A stretch of 64,000 bases of DNA from Heterodontus francisci (Eukaryota). Below the pieces are notes generated by a model. The model had not been told where the DNA came from, did no database searches, and worked only from the letters and a program-made list of their open reading frames with translations. The stretch is from contig NC_090390.1 of the NCBI RefSeq assembly GCF_036365525.1, positions 55,906,153 to 55,970,152 of the forward strand, written 5' to 3'. Positions 50,619-62,229 of the stretch are shown here, piece by piece; the stretch's first letter is position 1; each line of letters starts with the position of its first letter. A program made the translations under genes and the position numbers.

Positions 50619-50678
50619 ATAAAAACAAGAAATGCTGGAAATACTCAGAAGGTCTGGCAGCATCTGTGGTTGTTATTA
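50619..50678 (-). mobile_element. 60-bp Penelope-like terminal fragment
   Basis: 15-bp TSD TTATGTAAACTAGGT (50604-50618, 50679-50693). The sequence matches 5061-5120. Confidence 0.75.
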
Positions 50679-51479
50679 TTATGTAAACTAGGTGCCTGAC
50701 ATCAATTTTTAAAAACTGTAATCATTTTAAGGGCGCAAATGTGACATTCAAAGCAGCTTTCTCCCACTTTCCCCAGCCTCGAGACATTTTCTGGTTATCA
50801 GATTTCTTGAATGAACAGATCTTAGTTTATAAAAACTGTCCTTTCCTCTCTACACAATACAGACGGGGGTAAGAATATAACTGACTTTATAAACACAGCC
50901 ATTTAAATAAGTATAAAAGTTATTTACAGATTAAATTAAATTAATTAATCACATTAAACAATTATGCTCACAATCCAACTCAATAAAAAAATACAGGTTA
51001 GCATTTACAAGAACATACAGCACATTCGCTTCAATCTATCACAAAGTAAAGGTTACTTATTAAGGCTAGATGGCACTGTTTCTTCTGAATGAACACCACT
51101 GAACATAATAGCTTTCCTGCAGGTACAGTCATGTATTGTGCGGCTAAAACTATGTGATTCCTGGCCATGAATAACGTTAAGAAAATTGAAAATGTAACTT
51201 ATTCTTGTTATCATGAACATGAGCATTAACTTACACAGCAATACTACAACATTGGATTGAGGGAAAATGATGTCATATTTGTAGGACTAAAAAAAAAGCT
51301 ACATTTGTTGAACCAGAAAATGACCACTTTTTACACTAAAATGCCATTTTATTTTTACCTCGGAGAAAGACTGCTGTGTTTTACCCCAAGGCTATCTGAA
51401 GAAGGTGTCTGAACAAGTGGGTTCCCCAGGTTATTTGACTATGGGACAAGGGGATGTCATGCCAAAGCCTCATCTTGTC

Positions 51480-51710
51480 TTCATCAAACATTTACCTGCA
51501 AAATTTCCAACAGAAGTCAGTGAAGAGTGATCAGGAGAAGGAACCTGGTAAATCTTTGTAGTTGCCAGCTGCAGAAAACTGCAGCCTAATGTTGTGCCCT
51601 CAGTACTGTCCCAACTGAGATCAGCTAACACAACAAAAGTTGAACTTGTGATTTCCCTGGACTGTATGACACAGCAACACACCAGGTAGTGTATCTATCC
51701 ACTCAGCCAT
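51480..51710 (-). mobile_element. Old tRNA-derived SINE, family uncertain
   Basis: Head ATGGCTGAGTGGATAG and core TTAGCTGATCTCAG. A related + copy at ~56260-56381 is cut by the Gypsy LTR. Confidence 0.45.
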
Positions 51711-52046
51711 TAAGGTTGATGTAATTTCCATATTTTGAACAACTTTATAAATCATCTTGACATTAAAAAAATCTAGGTTATTGCAGCAACCCATAAATTG
51801 AATGCCAAGCTGCATGGAATCCAGATTCAAAAGTAGCAAAACCAATAATGGAGCAGGCTCATGTGTATGATTCCATTGGATGGGAGGCAGGTGTTCCAAG
51901 CACGTCTGATGGAATTGATCCACGGCCCAAACAGATTTCATGGCTGGGCCTTACTTCCACACCATCAGCGAGCTGCTCGCACCTCCCAATCAACAGGGCT
52001 GAAAATTCAACAGTTTCAGCGCAGAGCTCAATGGTGTAGGTAAGTT

Positions 52047-53370
52047 AAGAACATAAGAACTAAGAGCAGGAGTAGGCAATTCAGCCCCTCGAGCCTGCTC
52101 CACCATTCAATACGATCATGGCTGATCTCAGCTCGGCCTCAACTCCACTTTCCTGCCCATTCTCCATAATCCTTCAACCCATTACTAATTAAAAATCTGT
52201 CTATCTCCTCCTTAAACTTACTCAATGTTCCGGCATCCACCGCACTCTGGGGTAGTGAATTCTACAGACTCACGACCCTTTGAGAGAAGTAATTTCTCCT
52301 CATCTCTGGTTTAAATCTGCTACCCCTTATCCTAAAACTATGACCTCTCATTCTAGATTGCCCCACCAGAGGAAACATACTCTCTACGTCTACTTTGTCA
52401 ATCCCCTTATCATCCCATATACCTCAATTAGATCCCCTCTCATTCTTCTAAACTCTAGAGAGTAAAGGCCTAAACTGCTCCATCTCTCTTCATAAGACAA
52501 ACCTCTCATCTCTGGAATCAATCTAGTGAACTTCCTCTGAACTGCCTCCAATGCAACTACATCCCTCCTCAAGTAAGGGGACCAAAACTGCATGCAATAC
52601 TCCAGGTGCGGTCTCACTAATGCCTTGTACAGTTGCAGCAACACTTCCCTACTTACATACTCTATTCCTTCAGCAGCAAATGCCAAAATTCCATTTGCCT
52701 TCCTTATTACCTGCTGCACCTGCAAACTAGTTTTCTGCGATTCATGCACGAGGACACCCAGATCCATCTGCACCGAAGCACTCTGAAGTTTTTCTCCATT
52801 TAGATAATAATTTGCCTTTCTAATCTTCTGATCAAAATGGATAGCCTCACACTTATGCATGTTAATCTCCATCTGCCAAATTTTGACCCATTCACCTAAC
52901 CATTTGTAAATGTTTGATTTCTTTATTGCAACTTACTATCCCACCTATTTTAGTGTCATCTGCAAATTTGGCTATAGTACCTTCTATCCCTGCATCCAAG
53001 ACATTAATATAAATTGTAAATAATTGGGACCCGAGGACCGAACCCTGTGGCACCGCACTAGTTACATCTTGCCAACCAGAAAAGGACCCATTTATCCTGA
53101 CTCTCTGTTTTCTGTTGGTTAACCAATCCTCTATCAAAGCTAATAAATTGCCCCTAACCCCATGTGATCTTACCTTGTGTATTAACCTTTTGTGCGGCAC
53201 CTTATCAAATGCCTTCTGGAAGTCCAGATATACTACATCTACAGGATCCCCATTATCCACTTTGCTTGGTACATCTTCGAAGAACTCCAGCAAATTAGTC
53301 AAACACGATTTACCCTTCATAAAACCATGCTGACTCTGATGGATTGCGTATTGACTTTCTAAATGACTTG
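52047..53370 (-). mobile_element. CR1 LINE, 5'-truncated
   Basis: SQHGFMKGKSCLTNLLEFFE, YLDFQKAFD, FADD and RPHLEYC motifs, with a (TTCTTATG)-type tail at 52047. Confidence 0.93.
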
Positions 53371-55333
53371 AACCCACAAATTGCTTACTCAGAGTGAGAG
53401 TGAGACTGAGCAAAGGCTGATCTCCTGCCAGTGTCTGAGTAACTTCAGACCTGACGTGTGGTGAGTGGAACATGCTCGGGAGGAACAGGTGACTTTGGGC
53501 CTATGGTTCCCAAAGCTCTCCACCACTGGGGGTTTTCCTCACCTCTTGTCTGGGTCTGTTGTAGACACATTGATAGAGATTGATCACTGTGATTGGTCAA
53601 CAACTCCATTATCATTGTATCATGTGACTCCCAGGATGGTAGATGGCATCTATTCACACAGGCAGTTCCTACTCTTAAAATATGTAAGGTATGGGAGAGA
53701 GAAGGTAAACCAAGAGGAGGGCTGACAAGTGTGAGGCATAGTGTGGGGGTCATTTTTGTGAGTCAGGAGGAGCAGAAATCATCTTAAATGTATAAATTAA
53801 CTGTTTTTGAATGGCTTGCACTGGCCCCTTTATGGACTGCTGATTGGGTTTCTCAGCGCAGATACCAATGGGCGGTGTGTGCTTGGTAGCTGGTCATTGG
53901 TCCCCAGAATTTGCACTGGGGTCCTATTGATGTCATAGGGCCACAATTTGCATGAGCCAATGAGGTACCCATCTGTTTTAAGCAGCATCTGAACCATCCA
54001 TTTCAAGGACCCCACTAAGATGGTGGATACTCAGACGTCAGAAGGAACATGGTGGTACATTCTGTATCTCACTCATGCCTGAAAATGAGAATGAAAATTA
54101 GCTCCAGTGTAGGGAAGAAATCAACAAAAATCATATATACCCCTGCCGTCCTGACAGAAACTGGACAGATAGGGACTAACTCACTGATGTCATCCACCAA
54201 ACACACAGGCTATGATTTTAACTGCTTGTATGAATAGACGAGAAAGACATCTGTCAGGAACTGTCAAGTTTATTCCTTAAATATGCAGATTGGGCATCTG
54301 AAGATGCCATTGGAGCCCAACTGCTATTTTAAGCAAGGGCCTAAGTGGAGAAGCATATCCTGGGTCTCTCACAGTGCCAAGTTCAGGACAGTTTCCTGCC
54401 AGCCTTGGCCTTGGCCCTTTTCCATCCAATTCCCACGCTGAGTTCAATTTGGAGCTACAGAGTTTTCTTTTTATAAAGATCATTTATAAAAAAAACTTCA
54501 CAGTGTCTATAAAGTTACCCCATCACTCATTGCAAGTCATGTGAATTCTCAGCAAATACCATCTTTTACGTAACCAATAATATACCTGTATCTGACATAT
54601 CATGAGATCAACCACCCTTATGTTTTCTTTTGTTGCGATGGATAGCATTTGTTTACCTGTAAATAATATCTGATGATTTAACTGAGCAGCCTAATTTCAT
54701 CACTTCTTTGTTCCTTCATGGCAGTCTTCTATTGGTTCCATGTGTAGATTTGGAATTTATAGCATGATGCCCCTTCCCCTTCCAAAATGCAAGTCTCATG
54801 ACTTCTAAACTAGGCAGTTATGTATGCCCTCTTATTTTATGGGTCCTCCAAGTCCTGCTTTTCTAAATAATATTTCTACAAAAGGTAACTTGGATTTTGT
54901 CAAAGAATAAGTCTGATTGAAGCTTTGTTGAACAATGTGAAGGGACACATGGGGAGTTTTATCTGTGATGCATCAGTGCTCTTCGAATGGTTGAAGGCGC
55001 TTGGGCTGATGTGATTCAGAGTGGTTGCCATTTCTCCTGTGAATAAGAGGGAAGGGACTGTGCTAACATTTCACCAATTTTTCCAAACAGCAGATTGCTT
55101 TGGAGAAACCTGGTTAAAAATGTCCAAAACATGCACCTCATTAAATAAACATCACTAAAAAAAAAATCAGCACATCAAAAGAGTAGCAGAAGCTGAATAA
55201 CAATGCTAATTATCCTAGTGCGACAATGAGATTTCTCTGCTGGTGCTAGAGATCTTTCGAAACTGGTGCCTACCCCATCCGTATGATCCACTTGATCTTA
55301 TAAGATCTGAAATTTATGTAACATTAATACACA

Positions 55334-56152
55334 AGGGTGAATTTTACAGACCCCCCGAAGTCAGGGGTCGTGGTGGGGGGTCCGGACAATGCCTCTAGGA
55401 GAGGCTCGCCATGGGCCTTGTAAGCTGAAAGGCCCGACACCTTATTACTGGCATTGGCAAGGCCTCTCGGCAGCCCACGCGCCATTCGGCGGCAAGATCA
55501 AAATTTAAATATGTAAATTTATTAAAAGTAAAGAATTAAATACTTACCCGCTCCTGCTGTCGATCCCGGTGCAATATTCATGCCGGTGGCTGGCATTCCC
55601 GTGTCTTCAGATCTCCATCCAGTGATAAGATGTGGGACACTGGTGGGGAGGGGTTAGCAGGTAAGTATTTCAGTGCAGGGGCCAGGGAGCGGGGTCAAAC
55701 TAATGTAATTGGTTCAGGGGATGGTGGGAAGGGGTAAAGATTAAAGAGTATGAACTTTGCGGGGGGAAGGTCAGGGGGTAGGGGAAGTGTTTTGTGGGGG
55801 GAGAGGTCAAGTAGTTAATTACATGGTTATTGGGGCGGGGGGGGCGGGTGGAAGAGAGCTAAATTAAATGTTTTCAAAATTTTTTCAAACATCTCTCTTT
55901 AAAAATTTAAATGAAATAGAAGGGCTTTAAAAATGGCGTCAACGCCTGCGCAGTGCCACCTGATGCCATTGCCAAGGACAGACGGCCTGCCCCCTGCACA
56001 TCATCGGGGAGGAAAGGTGGTCCGCCCAGGCAATTTAAATGAGCCGTGGCGTCTAATATTGTGGCGGCTCCATGAAGTTCAGCCCGCACCTGCGGGCTGC
56101 TATTGTTTACAGCCGCTGCCAATCACGGTGGTGGCAACATAAATTCCAGCCC
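55334..56152. mobile_element. Harbinger MITE (~820 bp)
   Basis: TIR-like ends AGGGTGAATTTTAC / ATAAATTCCAGCCC and TSD ACA. Homologous to 61580-62229. Confidence 0.8.
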
Positions 56153-58173
56153 ACAGTTGTTTGTGAGGAACCAAATAAAGTTTTATTTAAAGTTTATATA
56201 AAAATGCTCTGTTGATGTTGTATTGGGAAAAGTCACTACCCTATATAGCACCATACCATGAAGGCAAGGGTAGATTCCATGTCGTTGCTGATTTAGCTAA
56301 TCTTAGCTGGGCAGTAATTGGGGGACTTAAATCAGCCTCAGTAACTTTGGGCTAGGGAATGCAAAACTTAACCAGTGTATCTGTTGTGATAGTGGAAGGA
56401 AGCAAAGCTATTTGAATACATCTTTATGCATATGTACGTGTCATGACCGGAAGTGATGGTTCACCCACGTGGTGCTGCCATGATGTCCAGCTATGAACAC
56501 AAGTAAGAATGGTCTCTCAATAAAGCACCAAGTACAACATCTATGCTGACTCTTCGACTGAGTTTATATTGATCTAAGTACAGATAATACAATATGGTGG
56601 CAGTGATGGGAACAGCAGCCTAACACGAAGTGGGAAACAAGCGCCACGATCCGATTATCGTTCTTACAACGTGAGTAACAAAAAATTAGAAGCGAGCTGA
56701 ACGTACTCTGGCTCTTTGCTCCGACCAGGCAGAGTAAATGCAGCAGCATTAGCTAATGAGTACAGCGATAATGTTTTTGGGCACGGGTTTTTACTGACAC
56801 CACCACCACACCTGCACACCAGTAACTAGCCCCTCTGCCAGAGGCCCTCCTGTCTCTGTAACCTTTAGGTCCACACTGCAGCTGCACAGCTCAGGATGCA
56901 GCTCCAGTCCAGCTCCGTGGCCATTGCAATCAGCTACCACTTCATGATAAAGACTCACTCTTTAGGGTGAGCAGTGACAGAGACACAGATCAGTTGCCTA
57001 GAAATGAATTGGAAGGTCTCTGATATCTCAGGAGAGTTTAAGCTGTTCAGACAAAGAATGGAATTTCGCCTTCTAGATAATGAGGTTGCAGATGCAGAAA
57101 AGCAAGCAATCAAAATTTAAATTGCAATAGGCAATGAAGGGTTTCATAGGATAAACACCTCCAGTCTATTCGAAACCAATCTGAAATATCCTGCGAAGCT
57201 CTGGTCGACGCTGGAAGACCAACTTAAAGTGGAGATAAATTTCAGAATTCATCGTTTAGAGCTTATGAGGTATGAGATTATTGACATGTTTGTCAGTAGG
57301 TGCAGAGACAAGGAAAGAAATACGACTTCAAAGATGCAGAGCTCTCTGAGCATATCATGGAATTAGTCATCGTGTCCACACCAATAGAAGCATTCCAGAA
57401 GGATTTGCGCAACAAGACGAAGGGACAAAGCATAGATAGCGTGTTACAAGATGGATGGAAGTATGAAGCTGTTGTAGCAGGGAGACAATGCTTACAAGCT
57501 CTGGACTCTGGAACAACCATTGGTGCCATATTGACAGCACCTAAGCAGAAGAAGATGTGTACTGTGGGTTCTTCCATCAGACATATAAGTGCCCAGGTAA
57601 TAGAGACAGATGCAAGGCCTGCAGATTTAAACAGCACTGGGCTAAGTTATGCAGAAAGTCCATTCATAAGAACAAAGGGAGAAGCCAGAGCAGAGCTTCA
57701 GCTGTATACACACGCCACCAAAAAGTACAGGCAGACAGGACTCATCTCAGCATCGCCAGAAATATCATCCCGTCAACGAAATAAGCAAACACCAGACCAG
57801 AGGAGAAGAGACAGATGGAGATAATACACCACAGACTATGAGCAACTATTTCACACAGGTTGACCCTGTAGCAAAGACAGAAGCCTTCGCACACTGGAGA
57901 TCATATGTCCAAGCAAGACTGGAAAGCATCGTCTGTGCACAAAAATTAACACAAGAGCAAGTGGCAATACACTTCCACTGTAGACCCTAAAGGACATGGA
58001 CAGGGAGAAATGGATGTCAATAATCCAGCCTACCAGTGTGAAGCTCACTGCCTACAATGGCCGCCAATACACTGACCTTGAAGTGTAGATACAAAGGTTC
58101 CCCCTGGTCAGGACAAACATTTTATATCATGGATGTTTCAGGAACCGCAGGGCAGGGTTGCCAGCATGCAACA

Positions 58174-58203
58174 ACTTACCTGGCAGGGGAAGAAACCATG
58201 ATC
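58174..58203 (+). ncRNA. U1 snRNA 5' fragment (nt ~3-31), not a complete gene
   Basis: ACTTACCTGGCAGGGGAAGAAACCATGATC versus vertebrate U1 ACTTACCTGGCAGGGGAGATACCATGATC: one insertion and one substitution. Similarity stops abruptly. Confidence 0.85.
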
Positions 58204-58242
58204 TGTGGGATTTGATCCTGTTCCAGGTAGGTTTTGAGTAAA

Positions 58243-59775
58243 ATGGCTGCAACTAATTCTAGAGATTCAGGCAAGGGAGTGCGTGACACCGTTCGGGTGG
58301 GGGTGAAGGATAATGAAGGAGGTGCAGCTGTTGACCACATCTTCTTCATGGAGATAATCCTTATTGATTGCTGTGGATTCCAAACTGCAGACATCTTCTG
58401 CCTGCAGGACTTCCCCAGCAGTGGATATTTCGATGTGACGTTCAAGAATGTGGCAGGATGCATTAAGTATTAGGTTCATGAAGGTGTTCGAGGAGAGGGG
58501 AAACCAGGCATCGCTGTCAATCCTCTCAGTGGAGCCACTCTTCACGCTGCTGTCACAATGCGACTGGGTGGTGATAATCCACCTCTACAACCCCCATGTC
58601 CCTGTCATGGATGTACTCACATTCCTTGCCAGGTACATCGAGGGGGCCGGCAGCAGTACTGATGTCAAGGACCCATTTGGGATTTGGACCAGCAAGCGGC
58701 AGGTCAAGGTGACCTTGAAAATCGATGCCAGTGGAGCTATCATCCATCCTCCCTCGAGCTTCACTATCGGGGGATGTCGAGGCTTCTTGGTCTATGCAGG
58801 GCAGCCCAGAGTTTGTCGTACCTGTGGCAAATCTGGTCACGTGGCGGCCAACTGCAGCACAGTCGTCTGCAAGAACTGCAAGCAGGAAGGTGATCAGACA
58901 AAGGACTGTAAACAGAGTAAGTGCTGCAACCTGTGCGGTGGGGCAGGCCACCTCTACAGAACCTGCCCCAAATGCTGCCTCAGTTATGCATAGGTGACAA
59001 GGTCCAAGGAAAGGCCGGGAGAAGCAACGGTGAACGTATCTGGTGCTGGGAAGGAGTCAAGAAATCCTCCCCATAGCCAGGAAAGTCCATCTGAGAAGGA
59101 GAAGAAACCAGCGACCCAACACCTACCCTGTGCCCGGGATCTCCTCCTCTATAGACAGAATCAATGGAGGAGGAGGCAGCAGATGGACAAACTGGTCAGT
59201 TGGCAAGTGGTAAAAAGGAAAACCACAAAGAAGAAGCCTCCAAAAAGGAAACAGGTCACCACCCAAACCAGTGGCAAGAGGAGACTACCGTCTGATACAG
59301 ACTACAGCAGTTCCTCCTCATTGGACGAGGAAAGGCCAGAAAGACAGCACCTGCAAAAGATGTAGCAGAACTCAAAAGAGCTGGAAGAGAAAGCCCACGA
59401 GCTCCAGGGCACTGGAAGCTGTGATGGGCCCAGCGCACCCCAACCTCAAAGCGCCGAACCCAGCACACTGCAGCTCCGGGAGACTGAGAACAGTGAAGCA
59501 TCTGGCACACTCCAGCTCCAGGAAGCCAGGAGCAGTGATGTCTTCAAGGAGGGACAGAAATGAAAGACACCACCAGCAGCGGACAGCCCAAGCCTTGCTG
59601 CCTACAAAACCCCCCCGATGTCACCCCTGTGGATCAAACCCCCATGAGTCACCAGGAGGGATTTCTGAGCCCAACGACTGTGAAACAGCTTGTGTACACT
59701 ATGGGTATGCAGGAATACACCCAAGGACTGGGACTAGCAAGAACAACTGGTGTGGTGAGCAACACCCAATTTTAA
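58243..59775 (+). pseudogene. Tx1 ORF1 (ZCCHC3-like, zinc-knuckle RNA-binding protein), disrupted
   Basis: IFCLQDFPSSGYFDVTF, DPFGIWT.KRQV, YAGQPRVCRTCGKSGHVAANC, CKNCKQEG, CNLCGGAGHLYRTC, with frameshifts and stops. Confidence 0.88.
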
Positions 59776-59776
59776 A

Positions 59777-61580
59777 ACGGGTATAAAGATTGTTTTGATT
59801 AATGTGCGTAGCGTTAAATCCACTACACGATGTGTTTCGACTTTGAACTACCTCGCCAAGGTTTAAGCTGACGTACTGTTTCTGCAGGAGTGTAGAATTC
59901 CACACCTCAGCACCTACAGGCAATGGTCGCGATGGTGGTCCCATGGGCCATCGATCTGGTCAGGGGGTAATGATTGCCGTTCCTCCGGCCTGGGTATTCT
60001 GCTGCGGGGAGGCAACTTCACCATCTCCGAAGTTAAGGAGGTGCTGGGCGGTCGCCTCCTCATAGCAGATGTAATGTACAACAATGCTTCACTCCAGTTA
60101 ATCAATTTATACGCCCAGGTCCAATACAGCGAGTGACTCACTGTCCTCCAGTAGCTCCCACTGCTGCTGGCAACATCCAGGCTGGTCATTGTTGGCGGTG
60201 AGTTCAACTGCATCATTAACGCAGCTGGACAATCCGGCAATGACGACAGCAAACTGGACGCTACGTCCAGATTCCTAATGGAAACAGTAAAAGATGCCAA
60301 ACTTCAGCACGACATCTTCATCAAACCTGCAGACGGAGCACAGCATAGATACACCTGGTCAAGACCAGACGGGTCTGCCCATTCCAGGATTGACTTCCTG
60401 TTTGGGTCCCGTGCTTTCATGGCAAGATCCACCAATGTCAAGCCGGTGTTCTTCTCTGACCACTACCTCTTACTGTCACTTACAGGACAACTAGCGGGTT
60501 GGAAGGGGGACATGGAAGCTGCATGTTACACTGCTAACCCCAGAGAACATGGAGGAACTCAAAAGGGATTACAAAGGTTGGAGAACCGTGAAACCCTTCT
60601 TTGAGTCTCTGGTGCACTGGTGGGAAACGATCAAGGTGAACATCAAGAGGTTCTTTATCCTCAAAGGTGTTCAGAGGGCGAGAGAGAGTGACAGAGGGAA
60701 ATGTCCCGACTCCAGAAAAGAATGCAAAATCTACTCCGACTGCGGTTTATGGGGGTCGAGGTCGAGGAGGATTTCCAAGAGGTGAAGAGCCAGCAGGCCT
60801 CACTCTTTGCCACGGAGGCCTCCAAGATCATCTTCCGGTCCAGAGTCCGCTCCGTTGAGCAGGATGAGATGTGCTCGTGTTTCTTCTTCCAAAAGGTTCA
60901 CACAGAGAGCTCTGTGATCAGCAGCCTGAAGGAAGAGGATGGCTCGGTAACGTCTTCGCAGTCCGACATACAAAGGATCAGCAAATCCTTTTATGCTGGG
61001 CTGTACGAAGTGAAGCCCATGGACAGAAAGGCCTCCCAGTCCTTCCTGTCATCTATCACGGAAGTCTTAGATGACAGCATGCGGGAGAGTCTGGACAAAT
61101 CGCTAACTCTGGACGAGCTGACAAAGGCCGTCAGGTCCTTGGAGACGAGTAAAACTCCCGGAAGTGACGGCTTACCGGTTGAGTTGTATTCGGCTCTGTG
61201 GGATTGGATCAGCCCAGACTTGCTGGAAGTATACAAGAGTATGCTCCTGGCCGGCAGCATGTCAGAATCCATGAGGAAAGGCATCATCACCCTCATCGAC
61301 AAGCGGAAGGGGGAGAGGGCAGAAATCAGAAATTGCCGGCCAATCTCACTGCTTAATGGAGACTGCAAGTTCTGTCCAAAGTCATCGCCAGTCGGGTCAA
61401 GTGTGCTCTGGAGTTGGTAATTCATCCTGACCAGACCTGTACTGTACCCGGCAGGAAGCTCTCTGTTAGTCTCGCGCTACCCAGGGATACGATCACCTAT
61501 GTATGGGACAGGAGTGTGGACACCCGCCTCATCAGTTGGATCAGAAGGCTTTTGACAGGATATTGCACACATACATGATG
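59777..61580 (+). pseudogene. Tx1 ORF2 (APE endonuclease and start of RT), disrupted and truncated
   Basis: INVRS, LFLQEC, INLYA, VGGEFN, SRIDF, FSDH, KTPGSDGLPVELY, RPISLLN, KAFDR. Confidence 0.9.
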
Positions 61581-62229
61581 GCGGCAATTTAAATATTTAA
61601 ATAAATTAAAATAAGTGAATTAATTAATCTCATGTTGCCTCCTGATGTCCCGCCGCGATCTTCAGCCAGGAGGCCAGCACTGCTGCGCGTTCGGATCCCC
61701 GTCCAGGGAAACAAGGTGAAACACTTGTTGGGGGGGGGCGGTAGGTTTATCAGAGCAGGAGGGGGGGTAACAGGGTCAAATTAGCATCATGGGGGTAGGG
61801 GATAGAGGGAAGGTTGGTAGTTGAAAGTTTCTGCAGCTTGGGGGGCTGGGGATGGTCAGATTGTAAAGGTAAGTGTATTGGTGGGGGAAAGGGCAAATAA
61901 TTAATTTAATTTTTATAGGGGTGGGAGAGGGGCAAAAGAGATATATTTATTTATTTTAATTCCATTTCCCTTTAGATATTTAAATTTCCCTGTAGGGCTG
62001 ACAGCTCTTTAAAAATAGTGTCAGTGCCTATGCACAGGCAGCTGACACCATTGCCGGAAAAGGACAGCCCGTCCCCTCCACGTGATCGGGGATGAGAGGG
62101 CGGGGGGAGTGCGGCCTGCCCTGGCTATTTAAATGAGCTGCCACATGGAAGATTGTGGCAGCTCTGTGACATGCAGCCTTTTTTTTTCACCCACCGTCGA
62201 ATCGGCGGCGGGCACATAAAATTCAGCCG
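61580..62229. mobile_element. Harbinger MITE lacking its left end
   Basis: Colinear with 55488-56152, right TIR ATAAAATTCAGCCG. The Gypsy pol resumes right after it. Confidence 0.78.

Larger units (their letters stand above)
58174..61580 (+). mobile_element. Tx1-clade (L1 group) non-LTR retrotransposon, 5'-complete, 3' half deleted
   Basis: ORF1 has multiple CCHC knuckles and is immediately followed by an APE-RT ORF2. It is inserted after the Gypsy protease region. Confidence 0.9.

Noticed and set aside
58243-59775. Host ZCCHC3-like gene
   Set aside because: It is disrupted, directly followed by an APE-RT ORF2 and inserted in a Gypsy. It is retrotransposon ORF1, not a domesticated gene.
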